Shown here piece by piece: positions 17,027 through 26,032 of a DNA stretch of 64,000 nucleotides. The notes beneath the pieces were generated by a model. That model saw nothing but the letters and a program-made list of their open reading frames with translations, was not told the origin of the DNA and made no database searches. Position 1 is the stretch's first letter; every line of letters starts with the position of its first letter. Origin of the DNA: a virus; IMG/VR virus record IMGVR_UViG_3300045988_149331, positions 36,686-100,685 of that record; one strand, given 5' to 3'. The position numbers and the translations under genes are program-made.

Positions 17027-17698
17027 CTAAAACCCGAACACCGTCAGCTGTCGAGGCGACAATTGATAGCGTTCGTTGTCGGAAAGATTAGTCTCGAGAA
17101 TTTCACACGCCTTGATGTCGGTAGCGACATTGGCGTACTCACGGACCTTATCGTTGTACTCCTGGCGGCACTTACGCATTTCGGGAGTAACAGGGTTCTC
17201 CTGCTCTTCGCCGGCAATGAGCGATCCTGCAACTTTAGGACCTTCACAGAGGTCGCATGCCTGCCACGAGAAGATGCGGAACGGAAAATCCATCTTGATC
17301 TCCGCAGTCCACCAGGGCGGAACGGTCTCGGTAGGAGCCCCGCCGCAGTCTTCGAGTTTGCTCTCGATTTCAGCCGTCAGGACTTGGAGTTTAGCGTTCA
17401 GCGGCGGAAGAATATCGGCCTTCAGTTTAGCCTTGATTTCCTTGCCCAGTTTGCCGAACTTGATGTTAGAATCGTAGCTGATGGCGTTCATGATGTCCGA
17501 TTTCTCGATCTCGCCCTGAAGAGCCACGTCGCTATCGCCGGACTCAGCCTTTTCGATAGCCCCGGCCATCTTCTCGAAAACGTTATCAGCCTTTTCGACC
17601 TTTTCCTCAGGGTCTTCGGAAACCGGAGCGAAGCCCTTCAGCATGTGCTCTTGACGCTCAGCGCGAACGCCAAGAATGATATCACGAATGTTTTCCAT
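17027..17698 (-). CDS. hypothetical acidic protein
   Basis: 223-aa co-directional ORF; no motif recognised. Confidence 0.5.
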   Translation of the reverse strand: MENIRDIILGVRAERQEHMLKGFAPVSEDPEEKVEKADNVFEKMAGAIEKAESGDSDVALQGEIEKSDIMNAISYDSNIKFGKLGKEIKAKLKADILPPLNAKLQVLTAEIESKLEDCGGAPTETVPPWWTAEIKMDFPFRIFSWQACDLCEGPKVAGSLIAGEEQENPVTPEMRKCRQEYNDKVREYANVATDIKACEILETNLSDNERYQLSPRQLTVFGF

Positions 17699-17882
17699 CG
17701 CTCACTTCGGTTTTTGCGGCTCGCGCCTTTACGTAATTAACCCACGCCCAGTGTGCCACCACGCCCGCCGTGAACGAGCCAATAGCCACCAACGTGTGAA
17801 TGATCTTCGCCTCATGGGCGTACACTACCGCAGCCACGACAAGCGCGACAACGATAATAAGAATCCACATCCATTTCTTCAT
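17682..17882 (-). CDS. small two-TM membrane protein
   Basis: WILIIVVALVVAAVVYA and LVAIGSFTAGVVAHWAWV hydrophobic segments. Confidence 0.4.
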   Translation of the reverse strand: MKKWMWILIIVVALVVAAVVYAHEAKIIHTLVAIGSFTAGVVAHWAWVNYVKARAAKTEVSDGKHS

Positions 17883-17901
17883 ACTACTATAATTTTGGTT
17901 G

Positions 17902-18894
17902 TTACTTAATCAACATTCCGTAGAAATCCTCAAGTGTGTATGCCTTTTTATAGTTGTAAGAATCCTTCGTATTGGCCACTTCTTCAGCCATTGCTACGAG
18001 CAGTTCTTCTTGGCGCGGCCCGTACACTGAAGGCGACAGCCAGGTTAATTTTACGTTGAACAGAATCTGACCTATCTCGTCAGTGCTTAACGGCGCACCC
18101 AAGAATTTCTCGAACTTGGACTGAATCCACAGCGCCAGTTTCGTCGAGACATATTCTTGGAAATAAGTCGGCGATACGAGTCGGCCGTTGAATTCTTGTT
18201 TCAGCGATTCGATAAAACGGTTGAACGCCTTATCACCAAATCCGCGCCGCACCTTGGGGATATTATCCGACTTATCACCCATCAGCACCTTGTACAGCAA
18301 CACCTCCATCGCTTCAGTATTGAGGACCTGGATGTCGGCATCCAACAGATCGTTCCACAGCGATTCTTTACCGGGGAAACAGTAAAATTTCATGAACTTG
18401 GAGTTGTAGTTGAACACCGAAACCGTTGGCGTTATCAACTGGCGAATATCGCTATCGGCCGTGAGGATGACTGTTTCTTCGCCGGGGAGTTCGTCCAGCG
18501 CAAAGGCCCACAACATCATCAGGTCGTCGCCTTCAGCGCCCGGTACGCGCGTAACGATCAACCCGCGTTTACGCAGCAGGCTTTCCAGTTCGCCCAACAC
18601 CTCGATGAACGCATCACTCCACGGCTCCTTTACCTTGGTGAGTGCGTACTTGTAGTCGTCATATACGTCACGACGCCACGAATGAGAGTCAATCACCACT
18701 ATCACGCGATGAACGTTATCGCCAAAACGGCGTACCGCGGCGCAAAGATTCATCACGCACTTACGGATCAGCACCTGGCGTTTTTCCGGGTCATCCAAGA
18801 CCTCTGTTAAATCTTGACCCCGGTAGTACGTGGACCACACTGAAAACGACAGGTGGTACAGGAAATTGCCGTCAAATACGAGATTAATCTTCAT
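17902..18894 (-). CDS. 5'-3' exonuclease / flap endonuclease (T4 RNase H-like, PIN-like fold)
   Basis: Acidic-residue motifs LVFDGN, IDSHSWRRDVYDDYK, GAEGDDLM, TADSDIRQL, MGDKSDNIP. Confidence 0.75.
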   Translation of the reverse strand: MKINLVFDGNFLYHLSFSVWSTYYRGQDLTEVLDDPEKRQVLIRKCVMNLCAAVRRFGDNVHRVIVVIDSHSWRRDVYDDYKYALTKVKEPWSDAFIEVLGELESLLRKRGLIVTRVPGAEGDDLMMLWAFALDELPGEETVILTADSDIRQLITPTVSVFNYNSKFMKFYCFPGKESLWNDLLDADIQVLNTEAMEVLLYKVLMGDKSDNIPKVRRGFGDKAFNRFIESLKQEFNGRLVSPTYFQEYVSTKLALWIQSKFEKFLGAPLSTDEIGQILFNVKLTWLSPSVYGPRQEELLVAMAEEVANTKDSYNYKKAYTLEDFYGMLIK

Positions 18895-19718
18895 CGCGCT
18901 AACTGGTTAAGGTTGGTATTTTCGGCGGTGAGTCCCGCCTTGGAGATAGTAACGTTGCGGCCGTCTTCCATCCCCTGTCGCATCGCTTGGTAGCTACCAA
19001 TGTGCTCCGGGCGGGCCTTGCCTAATTTAGGATATTTCTCAGCCAGGTAGTCGTCGAGTTTCTTGTCGGTACGCAACAACAGCGCGTTGACCTGGACCTG
19101 GGCTTGAAGTTCGCGGTCGCGCTCCTCTTTGAGTTTCTGCTGAACACCTTTGGCTGCGCCAGCAAGGTACGACCGCAAGAACGTACCGCGGTGCATTTTC
19201 TTTTCGCCAACGAAAAGCCGCATCACCGCTTGAGTGTCGTCGTTACGGTATTCCTCGTAACGCTTCAACGCCAACTTATAAAGATTGGCGGCCAATACGT
19301 CGAACAGCCACTTTACGACCTGGATGTTCTGCGGCTCACCGATGACGATGTAACGACGGCGGTTTTCCCATACCTCACGACCATTACGATTCGTACGATA
19401 AACGTGCGTATTACTAATCAGCACATAACAGAAATTGTACTTACAAATTCCGTACAACAGGAGCTGGTCCCACGAACCGCCACACTTACGCTGCCAGTTG
19501 TCGCCCAAACGTTCTTCGATAACGTCAGTCTTTTGCTCGTTGTCGGCAACCGATTCAACGTCAGCCATCGAAAGGTTGTACTGAGTTAAGAGATTCTGAA
19601 TTTTGGTAGCGGCATTCTGTGCTTCGGCTTCGGAGTTGATAGCCTTGGCGCCTTCGTACAGACGCTGCAGTTTCTTCAGTTTTGAGAGGATCAAGTTGAG
19701 ATCTTGAGTCTTTTCCAT
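18891..19718 (-). CDS. DUF2786-like domain protein
   Basis: N-terminal ILSKLKKLQRLYEGAKAINSEAEAQNAATKIQNLL resembles DUF2786. Start moved to ATG 19718 because the track start 19781 is the TTG of the promoter -33 box. Confidence 0.5.
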   Translation of the reverse strand: MEKTQDLNLILSKLKKLQRLYEGAKAINSEAEAQNAATKIQNLLTQYNLSMADVESVADNEQKTDVIEERLGDNWQRKCGGSWDQLLLYGICKYNFCYVLISNTHVYRTNRNGREVWENRRRYIVIGEPQNIQVVKWLFDVLAANLYKLALKRYEEYRNDDTQAVMRLFVGEKKMHRGTFLRSYLAGAAKGVQQKLKEERDRELQAQVQVNALLLRTDKKLDDYLAEKYPKLGKARPEHIGSYQAMRQGMEDGRNVTISKAGLTAENTNLNQLAR

Positions 19719-19750
19719 AACCAATTTTGTTTTACGATTCTTTTCAAGAG

Positions 19751-19799
19751 CGAAGGTACGTTGAAATTCCAAAATCTCCAAGAGAATTTCAAGAAATTT
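19751..19799 (-). promoter_or_regulatory. Bacteroidota-type promoter, conserved repeat copy A
   Basis: Minus strand: AAATTTCTTGAAATTCTC TTG(19781-19779) N20 TACCTTCG(19758-19751); near-identical to copy at 33054-33100. Confidence 0.55.
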
Positions 19800-20073
19800 A
19801 ACAATCCATCACTAAATTTCCCGCCAACTCCAACTCATACAACCGTTCAGCATCAGGCTTGGCGTAACAGAATATCAACTTTCCACCGCCCGCAGCCCGC
19901 AACGCTTTACGATACGTCGCCTTGATGCGGGCCAACTCTTCGCTTCGGTAAAAATCGTAGTCGCTTACACACAACTCCCACCACCGCTCTTGCCGCGACG
20001 CCCAGGCTATGACTCCTGGGCGTTCGGCTTCAATCCGCTTTACAGCAGCTAATAACAGCGCGTCGTGTTTCAT
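19798..20073 (-). CDS. hypothetical protein
   Basis: 91-aa ORF, 4-nt overlap with upstream gene. Confidence 0.45.
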   Translation of the reverse strand: MKHDALLLAAVKRIEAERPGVIAWASRQERWWELCVSDYDFYRSEELARIKATYRKALRAAGGGKLIFCYAKPDAERLYELELAGNLVMDC

Positions 20074-20657
20074 AACGTTTCGTCGATAGACTGCGCCAAC
20101 TCAGCCAACAGCCTTACGTGTACGCGCTCGTCGGCGATAATCTTGTTGAGGAGTTGAACCGCCAACGTAGAAGTAGTGGTCGGCGTAGGGTTGCCTGCTT
20201 GGATGCGCTGGATGAGTTTTTCGTACTCAGCGATGGTGTCCTGCTCGGCGCGAATATTGATCTGGATGGCTTCAGCCGCGCTTTCGGTCGTTATGTCCAC
20301 TTTGGCTGCCGAAAACACAGGCTTCGATACCGCGTGACCCAGATGGTGAATGAAGTCGCCTAATCGGTCGTAGTGCTTCATCTCGGTGAGGGCGATACCC
20401 AGGAACGTTTCGCCAATCTGATCGAAAAGCATCCGCTGTTGGGTGTATTGGATGATGGCGGTGAGTTCGGACGTTCCGGTAATTCCGGCGTAGACTTTGT
20501 AGAACCACTCGGCCGGAACGCCGTCGTCGGCTTTAGCCTTGGAGATGTCGGGATAGTCAATCGCGTGGTCGGCGTAACGCATCGACTCTACCAGCGCGTC
20601 GGCCATGATTTCGACGTTGTCCTGCTTGGCGGGTTGGTGTACGAGAATCGTTTTCAT
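20070..20657 (-). CDS. ferritin-fold di-metal carboxylate protein (Mn-catalase/CotJC-like)
   Basis: Four-helix pattern E...ExxH...E...ExxH: SELTAIIQYTQQ, LTEMKH, RAEQDTIAEYE, ADERVH. Confidence 0.5.
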   Translation of the reverse strand: MKTILVHQPAKQDNVEIMADALVESMRYADHAIDYPDISKAKADDGVPAEWFYKVYAGITGTSELTAIIQYTQQRMLFDQIGETFLGIALTEMKHYDRLGDFIHHLGHAVSKPVFSAAKVDITTESAAEAIQINIRAEQDTIAEYEKLIQRIQAGNPTPTTTSTLAVQLLNKIIADERVHVRLLAELAQSIDETL

Positions 20658-20659
20658 GA

Positions 20660-21205
20660 CTATTTGGTTTCAGGTTCTTGGCTCTTGACGGTCGATCCCC
20701 ATCCTGCTTCGCCGCGAGCGCTGGGCGTGAGTTCTTCGACGAGTGTAGGTTCAATCAACGGCGCAGGCACAATCACCAGCTGAGCAACGACGTCGCCCTT
20801 CTTGTACGCCTTACATTCGTACGACAGCTCCCGCATTTTGAAGTCGGCGATAGTCCCTAAGACGTTGGAGAACAACACCGCCAAACACCGCGACATACGC
20901 TGCCACAGCGTGGGCATGTGATAGATCTTTTTGTAGCGTACCAGCATCTCGCCACGGTACCCCGGGTCGATAATACCCGGCGCGTTACACATCACCAGGT
21001 CCATCTTCGACACGCGCGAGTTGGGGACCAGCAACCCGCTGTACCCTTTGGGAATTTCAACGGCGATTCCCGTCTGGTACTCGATGAAATCTTCGGTTTC
21101 GCGTACTCCAACGGCTACCAGGTCCAAGCCGTTATCCTCGCCATCGGCGTGGGCATACGCCGGCAACGTGGCGTTGGGGTTGAGTTTCTTGAATTTTACG
21201 TTCAT
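20660..21205 (-). CDS. dut: dUTP diphosphatase (trimeric dUTPase) with about 30-aa insertion
   Basis: Motifs DNGLDL, GIIDPGYRGE, GDVVAQLV, RGEAGWGST; insertion between motifs III and IV. Confidence 0.85.
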   Translation of the reverse strand: MNVKFKKLNPNATLPAYAHADGEDNGLDLVAVGVRETEDFIEYQTGIAVEIPKGYSGLLVPNSRVSKMDLVMCNAPGIIDPGYRGEMLVRYKKIYHMPTLWQRMSRCLAVLFSNVLGTIADFKMRELSYECKAYKKGDVVAQLVIVPAPLIEPTLVEELTPSARGEAGWGSTVKSQEPETK

Positions 21206-22017
21206 TTCTTGTATCCTTTTAAGTGTATTTTGACCTCGATCATCTCACGGTCCTTCATTTCACCACCCCAGTTGGTACACTTTTTGGTACGGAGGGTGAT
21301 GTACTCGGGGAACGCTTCTCTTAAACGTTGTGATTCGGCGTTGGAGTTCTCGATCGTACGATAAATCGAACAACCACCAGCGGCGTTGGCTCCCGTCATT
21401 TTGTCGAACGAATACTGATACGAGACGATATTATCCAACCCCGCGCGGCGTAATCCACACGCCACGGCGAAATCCTCCTTTATGGGCCAATCGCTGAACC
21501 TGACAGGCTGACTTAGATACTGGGCGATATTGAGGCCCCAAATGGAGAAGAACCGCCCGTTTATTTGTACGTCGTGTTCCTTGTCGCGGTTGAACGGACG
21601 GTATGAAAGCGCAGCCACGGCGTAGGTGTCTAACTGCTCAGCCACCCAGTCGAACATCATCTGGTAGATGTATTCCTGCGCCTCGACGGTGAAATTGTCG
21701 TTGTTTACGACCACAGGGGTCTTGGCATCGTCTAAACGCAACGAGAAAGACACGTTATCGTCTAAGAAAAAGACTCCTCCAAATCCCCTATCAACGGCCT
21801 CTACAACAATATAGTCCCGTATGTCCCCCACGCCGCGACACGCCGTACTGTATTCCTCGATACTGGCTACTTTTCCACCCCAGTTGCGCTGGTGAGCCGC
21901 CAACTCGCCGGGGTGACAGAATATGTGGACGCGCTTCAACGCTTCAGGCGTCAACCGTTGAAGAGTTTTTTGGCGGTCAACACGACCTCGTGTGAATAAG
22001 GCTATCAGAGTTTTCAT
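21202..22017 (-). CDS. GT-A-like (DxD) glycosyltransferase-like protein, paralog of 3487-4296
   Basis: LIALFTRGR, FFLDDNV DxD-like motif, KEDFAVAC..NAAGG..Y alignable with 3487-4296; ATGA overlap with dut. Confidence 0.35.
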   Translation of the reverse strand: MKTLIALFTRGRVDRQKTLQRLTPEALKRVHIFCHPGELAAHQRNWGGKVASIEEYSTACRGVGDIRDYIVVEAVDRGFGGVFFLDDNVSFSLRLDDAKTPVVVNNDNFTVEAQEYIYQMMFDWVAEQLDTYAVAALSYRPFNRDKEHDVQINGRFFSIWGLNIAQYLSQPVRFSDWPIKEDFAVACGLRRAGLDNIVSYQYSFDKMTGANAAGGCSIYRTIENSNAESQRLREAFPEYITLRTKKCTNWGGEMKDREMIEVKIHLKGYKK

Positions 22018-22036
22018 ACCACTTAAAACGATGGCG

Positions 22037-24757
22037 CTAACCTAACATGTCGAACTTAAATCCCGTCGTCATACGCGAAGCCGCCAAGTCAGCCAACCAG
22101 AACGAAGACGAAATATCGTCATGACTGCCGACGCTCTCCAGCCCCTTTTCGGTGAAGGCTACTGAACCGAGGTCTTGGAAGATGAGGTCCTTGACCTGCT
22201 GTGAATAGACGTTCCCCACCGGGATGTGAATCTTACCGCGTTCGAACAGCGTCGATAGGTGGGGCCATCCGGTCTTGAGGTCATATTTGTCGATTCCAGT
22301 TGTATGGCCGATGACGGGCATCCCTTCGGTATCAGCTGTTTCGACGAATATCTGCTGAAAGGTGTTATTCTCCATCACGATCAGGTCAGGCCGGAAACGG
22401 GAATTTATACGCCGCAAGACATTCATCTGCTCGAAGAACTTGGCGCCTTTTTCGCGGTAAAGGTGAAGCAGCCAACGCTCATCAGTCAGTTCGTCAATAC
22501 CCCACACGCTGAATACCGCGTAGTCAGCGCCGACGTTGGCTGAAATAGCGAAGTCACAGCCAACGACTACCTTGGAGAACTTGATGGGGAACTCTTCGCG
22601 TGAATCCACCAGCGTGTATTTCTCCATCCTCAGCAGCGACCGCGTGAGAATTTCCATCGGGAAAATAGACGATTCGTTGGTGATCGGGCGGCAAAGGTTC
22701 TCGCGCGAGAAGATGATCGACCCCTGGGTCTCCTTTTTATCCATCAGATCCTTAAACGACCAACGCTGCGGCCACAATATTCGCCCGTTGGGGAAGATGG
22801 CCGGATATTCGATAACGAACCAACCGTTCTTGGTCTTCAGGTCGCCATAAAGGTCTTCAGCGTGAAACGGTGTACCGACGACGATAATTTGGCCGCCAGG
22901 TACGAGCATGTTCATAATTACGGAGTGGAAATAGTCGGTGGATTTGTTCCGTTGGAGAGCCGAATAGATGACGTTATCCTTCAGACCATCATCGACGATA
23001 ATCCAGTACGGGTGAGCGCCACGCACCGAAGAACCAAAACCCTTGCCTGTCAAACGCGCGCCGTTACGGCACACTATATTGGTAGCTGACCAGTTGGCTG
23101 ACGTTGACTGAGGATAGAGTCGTTCCTTCAAGATTTCGTTTTCCTCGATGGTACCCTTCAGAATCTCCAAAAGGTCAACGCTCTGTTGTAACGAGAACGA
23201 AAACAGAAATCCGCGGTTCGACGACGCCACGGTGGGACGCTTCGAATAACGAACGCTTGACGGCTTTTTGTAGCGGTACAACTGCCACGCTGCGTAGGCG
23301 TTGGAGAAGTAGAACGAGTTGTGAGCAACCGTTCCGTCGCCCAGTACGAAGCGATGGTCGCCATCGGTGGTGATCGAGACATATTCCCCTTCGCCAACAG
23401 GCGTGATCTTCAACGACGATACCACCGTAGGGTGAACACCATCGATAGTTCCCCAGTCTTTGTGTGACGTCTTGGTAGACCAGTCGGTTTGGACCTTTTT
23501 ACGGGCTATTTTCACGGGGATTCGATCCAGTTCGCCAGAAATAGTTACACACCACGACGAATAGTCACGCCCTAACGCCTTACAATACCGCGTTCCACCG
23601 CCCATTCGCGTACAGAAGCCAAGACTGTCGGCCAGGTTCTTCACGTCACACACCAGCTGGTAGTTCGTATTACCGAAGTGATAGCCACCCTGCCAGTAGT
23701 TACCGTCGGAATCGATCAACCCAGCCAACACCTGGAGGCGGACTGCTTCGCTGTTGACGAGATACTGCTCTGGAATGTGTTTATTGTAAAGCAGGTTGTA
23801 GCCCTTCAACACCCTTTCAATCGGGTTACGCTTACCGCGACCCCGAACGCCGACTCCAAGCGTCACGACAAGTCCCTTTTGGCTGTAGCGAAGCCCCGTG
23901 CGCTCGGCGTAGCCGCGGAGATATTCACGCACTTCAGGGTCGGCGGTGGTGATCTTCTGGTTGTTGGAGTTGCCGTCACCTAACCAGTACCCCAAGAAAT
24001 ACGGCTCCAACGTCACAGGCCGTGCTGGATATTGTACCGCTACCTTGAAACCACGATAACGTTCCTTGATCCAGTTGGGGGTCTTACTTAACAGGGTCGG
24101 CATATCAATGTCCACTATCCGCTTCGACGCTGTATCGATGGAGCCGTTGCGGTCCTTTTCGATCAGCGTACAAATGTGACGCGAATTGACCGTGTAACTA
24201 TCACCGCGCGACTGGTCGATACGGTACATCGTGGAATCGTGACCGCGGTGCGTAGCCACCACACGGCGTGGTGTAGAGTTGATACCCATCAACAGATCGC
24301 CAACCACAACGTCTTCTACCCTCTTGATGGTTCCGTCGTACATCCTCACTGGTGTTCCAACAGCCTCACATTTCCCGTGGTCACGAGCAGCGTTGATACA
24401 CAGTTTCTTGTGCTGGTGAACTAAATCGCCCCACTCCAGGTGGTGCCACGATAGTTGAAAGTCGGGGATAACGGAAGTGATGAAATACGTCAAATTGGCA
24501 CACCGCAGCGTGTCTTCCACCACGGCAGAAATATTCTCTTCATAGCGCGGCTTAAAGTCGATCGACGCGTCACCTGTGTACATCACCTTGTAGGTGTCTT
24601 CCATCAACGCCGCGAATATATCGTCAACATCGTGTGAGTCGCCACTCATCAACTCATTCAGTCCGCGCTCATCCAGCCCCTCGATTATTTCATCAACGAG
24701 GTCCAGGCACGCCAAACGGTGCGTCACCGACGGCGATATAATAGTGTCTAAACCCAT
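22037..24757 (-). CDS. terL: terminase large subunit, interrupted by an intein
   Basis: Walker A reconstituted as RDHGK|S across the intein; downstream ATPase/RNaseH-like nuclease regions (IIVDDG, VGCDFA..GADYAV). Confidence 0.85.
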   Translation of the reverse strand: MGLDTIISPSVTHRLACLDLVDEIIEGLDERGLNELMSGDSHDVDDIFAALMEDTYKVMYTGDASIDFKPRYEENISAVVEDTLRCANLTYFITSVIPDFQLSWHHLEWGDLVHQHKKLCINAARDHGKCEAVGTPVRMYDGTIKRVEDVVVGDLLMGINSTPRRVVATHRGHDSTMYRIDQSRGDSYTVNSRHICTLIEKDRNGSIDTASKRIVDIDMPTLLSKTPNWIKERYRGFKVAVQYPARPVTLEPYFLGYWLGDGNSNNQKITTADPEVREYLRGYAERTGLRYSQKGLVVTLGVGVRGRGKRNPIERVLKGYNLLYNKHIPEQYLVNSEAVRLQVLAGLIDSDGNYWQGGYHFGNTNYQLVCDVKNLADSLGFCTRMGGGTRYCKALGRDYSSWCVTISGELDRIPVKIARKKVQTDWSTKTSHKDWGTIDGVHPTVVSSLKITPVGEGEYVSITTDGDHRFVLGDGTVAHNSFYFSNAYAAWQLYRYKKPSSVRYSKRPTVASSNRGFLFSFSLQQSVDLLEILKGTIEENEILKERLYPQSTSANWSATNIVCRNGARLTGKGFGSSVRGAHPYWIIVDDGLKDNVIYSALQRNKSTDYFHSVIMNMLVPGGQIIVVGTPFHAEDLYGDLKTKNGWFVIEYPAIFPNGRILWPQRWSFKDLMDKKETQGSIIFSRENLCRPITNESSIFPMEILTRSLLRMEKYTLVDSREEFPIKFSKVVVGCDFAISANVGADYAVFSVWGIDELTDERWLLHLYREKGAKFFEQMNVLRRINSRFRPDLIVMENNTFQQIFVETADTEGMPVIGHTTGIDKYDLKTGWPHLSTLFERGKIHIPVGNVYSQQVKDLIFQDLGSVAFTEKGLESVGSHDDISSSFWLADLAASRMTTGFKFDMLG
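23318..24370 (-). mobile_element. intein with LAGLIDADG homing endonuclease, inserted in terL P-loop
   Basis: Starts at Cys130 (CEAVGTPVRMYDG), LAGLIDADG motifs FLGYWLGDGNS and LAGLIDSDGN, ends ..GDGTVAHN followed by +1 Ser; 351 aa. Confidence 0.85.
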
Positions 24758-24765
24758 ATCTGTAC

Positions 24766-24805
24766 CTTAAAAGGCAACGCCGGAAGGGTTTTTAATCCCT
24801 CCGGC
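24766..24805 (-). terminator. hairpin plus short T-run
   Basis: Stem 24779-24788 / 24797-24805 (one bulge), followed on minus strand by CCTTTTAA. Confidence 0.4.
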
Positions 24806-24827
24806 ATTACCTGTCATACAACAAAAC

Positions 24828-25304
24828 TCATCTCTTCACCTCCAGCGCCGTGGTGAGGTATTTCTCCATCTCGAGCGATTCACGCTGGTAGACTTCCTCG
24901 GGGTAGTCTTCCAGCAACAACCGCTTATAGCCTTCAACGGCATTACCCAGTAGCTGGGCGAGTTGTATGATTTTAGCCTTGTAGACCGCCGCACGGTCAT
25001 CGGGGCTGAAGGCGAAGCAGAATTTTGTCTTGTTAGCGTCGAAGAATTTGACGTAGTTAAACGCGCTGAGCGTTTCAAGTAGTTCGAGTGCCGTGCGGTG
25101 CGACAGCGTTGTCTTTTTGACTACCTCGGTACGTGTGTAAGGCCGCTGGGCCGACATTTCAAGTTCCAGATGGTCCTTATTCAGAATACGAAGCAATTCG
25201 AGAGCCTTGGTGAAAGCCAATTGGCGATTTTCGTCTTGCTCGGTGAACTTTTGTGCCGCTGCTACCTCTTCGGGCGTTTGAGCGGCTTGTTTCTTATCTG
25301 CCAT
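24828..25304 (-). CDS. hypothetical protein (position suggests possible small terminase / DNA-binding)
   Basis: 158-aa ORF immediately upstream of terL; helical, basic; function from position only. Confidence 0.45.
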   Translation of the reverse strand: MADKKQAAQTPEEVAAAQKFTEQDENRQLAFTKALELLRILNKDHLELEMSAQRPYTRTEVVKKTTLSHRTALELLETLSAFNYVKFFDANKTKFCFAFSPDDRAAVYKAKIIQLAQLLGNAVEGYKRLLLEDYPEEVYQRESLEMEKYLTTALEVKR

Positions 25305-25983
25305 TTTGTTTTACGGTTTCTCGTTTTATAGTTGGAAATAATTCTCCCGTAAACCGAACCATCGTGCGCTGGAGATGGGCGAAAATGTCTTCCGGTTTGA
25401 GGTGGAGTTCTTGTAACAACACCCGTTCCATCGTAATCAGTCCCTCGGTGTCAGGCAGACGATACACAACGTCGAAATTGTATTTTCCGTCGTGAGGATC
25501 GCGATAAATGGTGACGATCTTCACCTCGATGATTTCGATAGGCCCTTCTGCGCCCGTGATAATGTAACGCGAATCGCCAATTTGAGGGAGAATGTTGCCC
25601 TTAACGCGAATTGCCTTTCCGTTCTGGTTGACGTCGCGCGGGGGGGTTACATGTTTTTGCCTTGAAGTAGCACGTTTCGCGCGGCTGTAGTCTTGATTCT
25701 CCAACCAAACCTGCGCCGCCAATTTATCGAGATCAGGGATAGTGGCGGAGGTGGGGACGTAACGATATCTGATCGTTGACTTCACGCCTTCGCGTTGGAT
25801 AATACCCACGCTGGAAAGTACTTTGAACAGCGCCGGCGATACCTTGGGGCTGATGCCGTTCTTAGTGAGGATAGCACCAAACGACGCGCCAGGTTCCATC
25901 ACACTAACCCATTTGTTGAGCGAACGTTCTAAGATGTCGGCAATGGCCGCCTTGACGCCTTTTTCGAAAAGTTCTTGTTTCAT
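25294..25983 (-). CDS. hypothetical protein
   Basis: 229-aa co-directional ORF. Confidence 0.5.
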   Translation of the reverse strand: MKQELFEKGVKAAIADILERSLNKWVSVMEPGASFGAILTKNGISPKVSPALFKVLSSVGIIQREGVKSTIRYRYVPTSATIPDLDKLAAQVWLENQDYSRAKRATSRQKHVTPPRDVNQNGKAIRVKGNILPQIGDSRYIITGAEGPIEIIEVKIVTIYRDPHDGKYNFDVVYRLPDTEGLITMERVLLQELHLKPEDIFAHLQRTMVRFTGELFPTIKRETVKQNGR

Positions 25984-26013
25984 CGTTGTACAGTTTTGTT
26001 GTTAGACACACTG

Positions 26014-26027
26014 TATAACGTTGGCGG
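26014..26027 (-). promoter_or_regulatory. CCGCCAACGTTATA motif copy
   Basis: Plus strand TATAACGTTGGCGG; lies 31 nt upstream of ATG 25983. Confidence 0.35.
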
Positions 26028-26032
26028 CTTTG

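Noticed and set aside
19719-19781. N-terminal extensions of ORFs 18891-19781, 32770-33084 and 35790-36095 that give similar peptides (MEILEFQRTF / MEIWKIRRTF).
   Set aside because: The similarity is due to the repeated promoter element. The listed starts are the TTG of the -33 box, and good ATGs follow downstream (19718, 33018, 35981).
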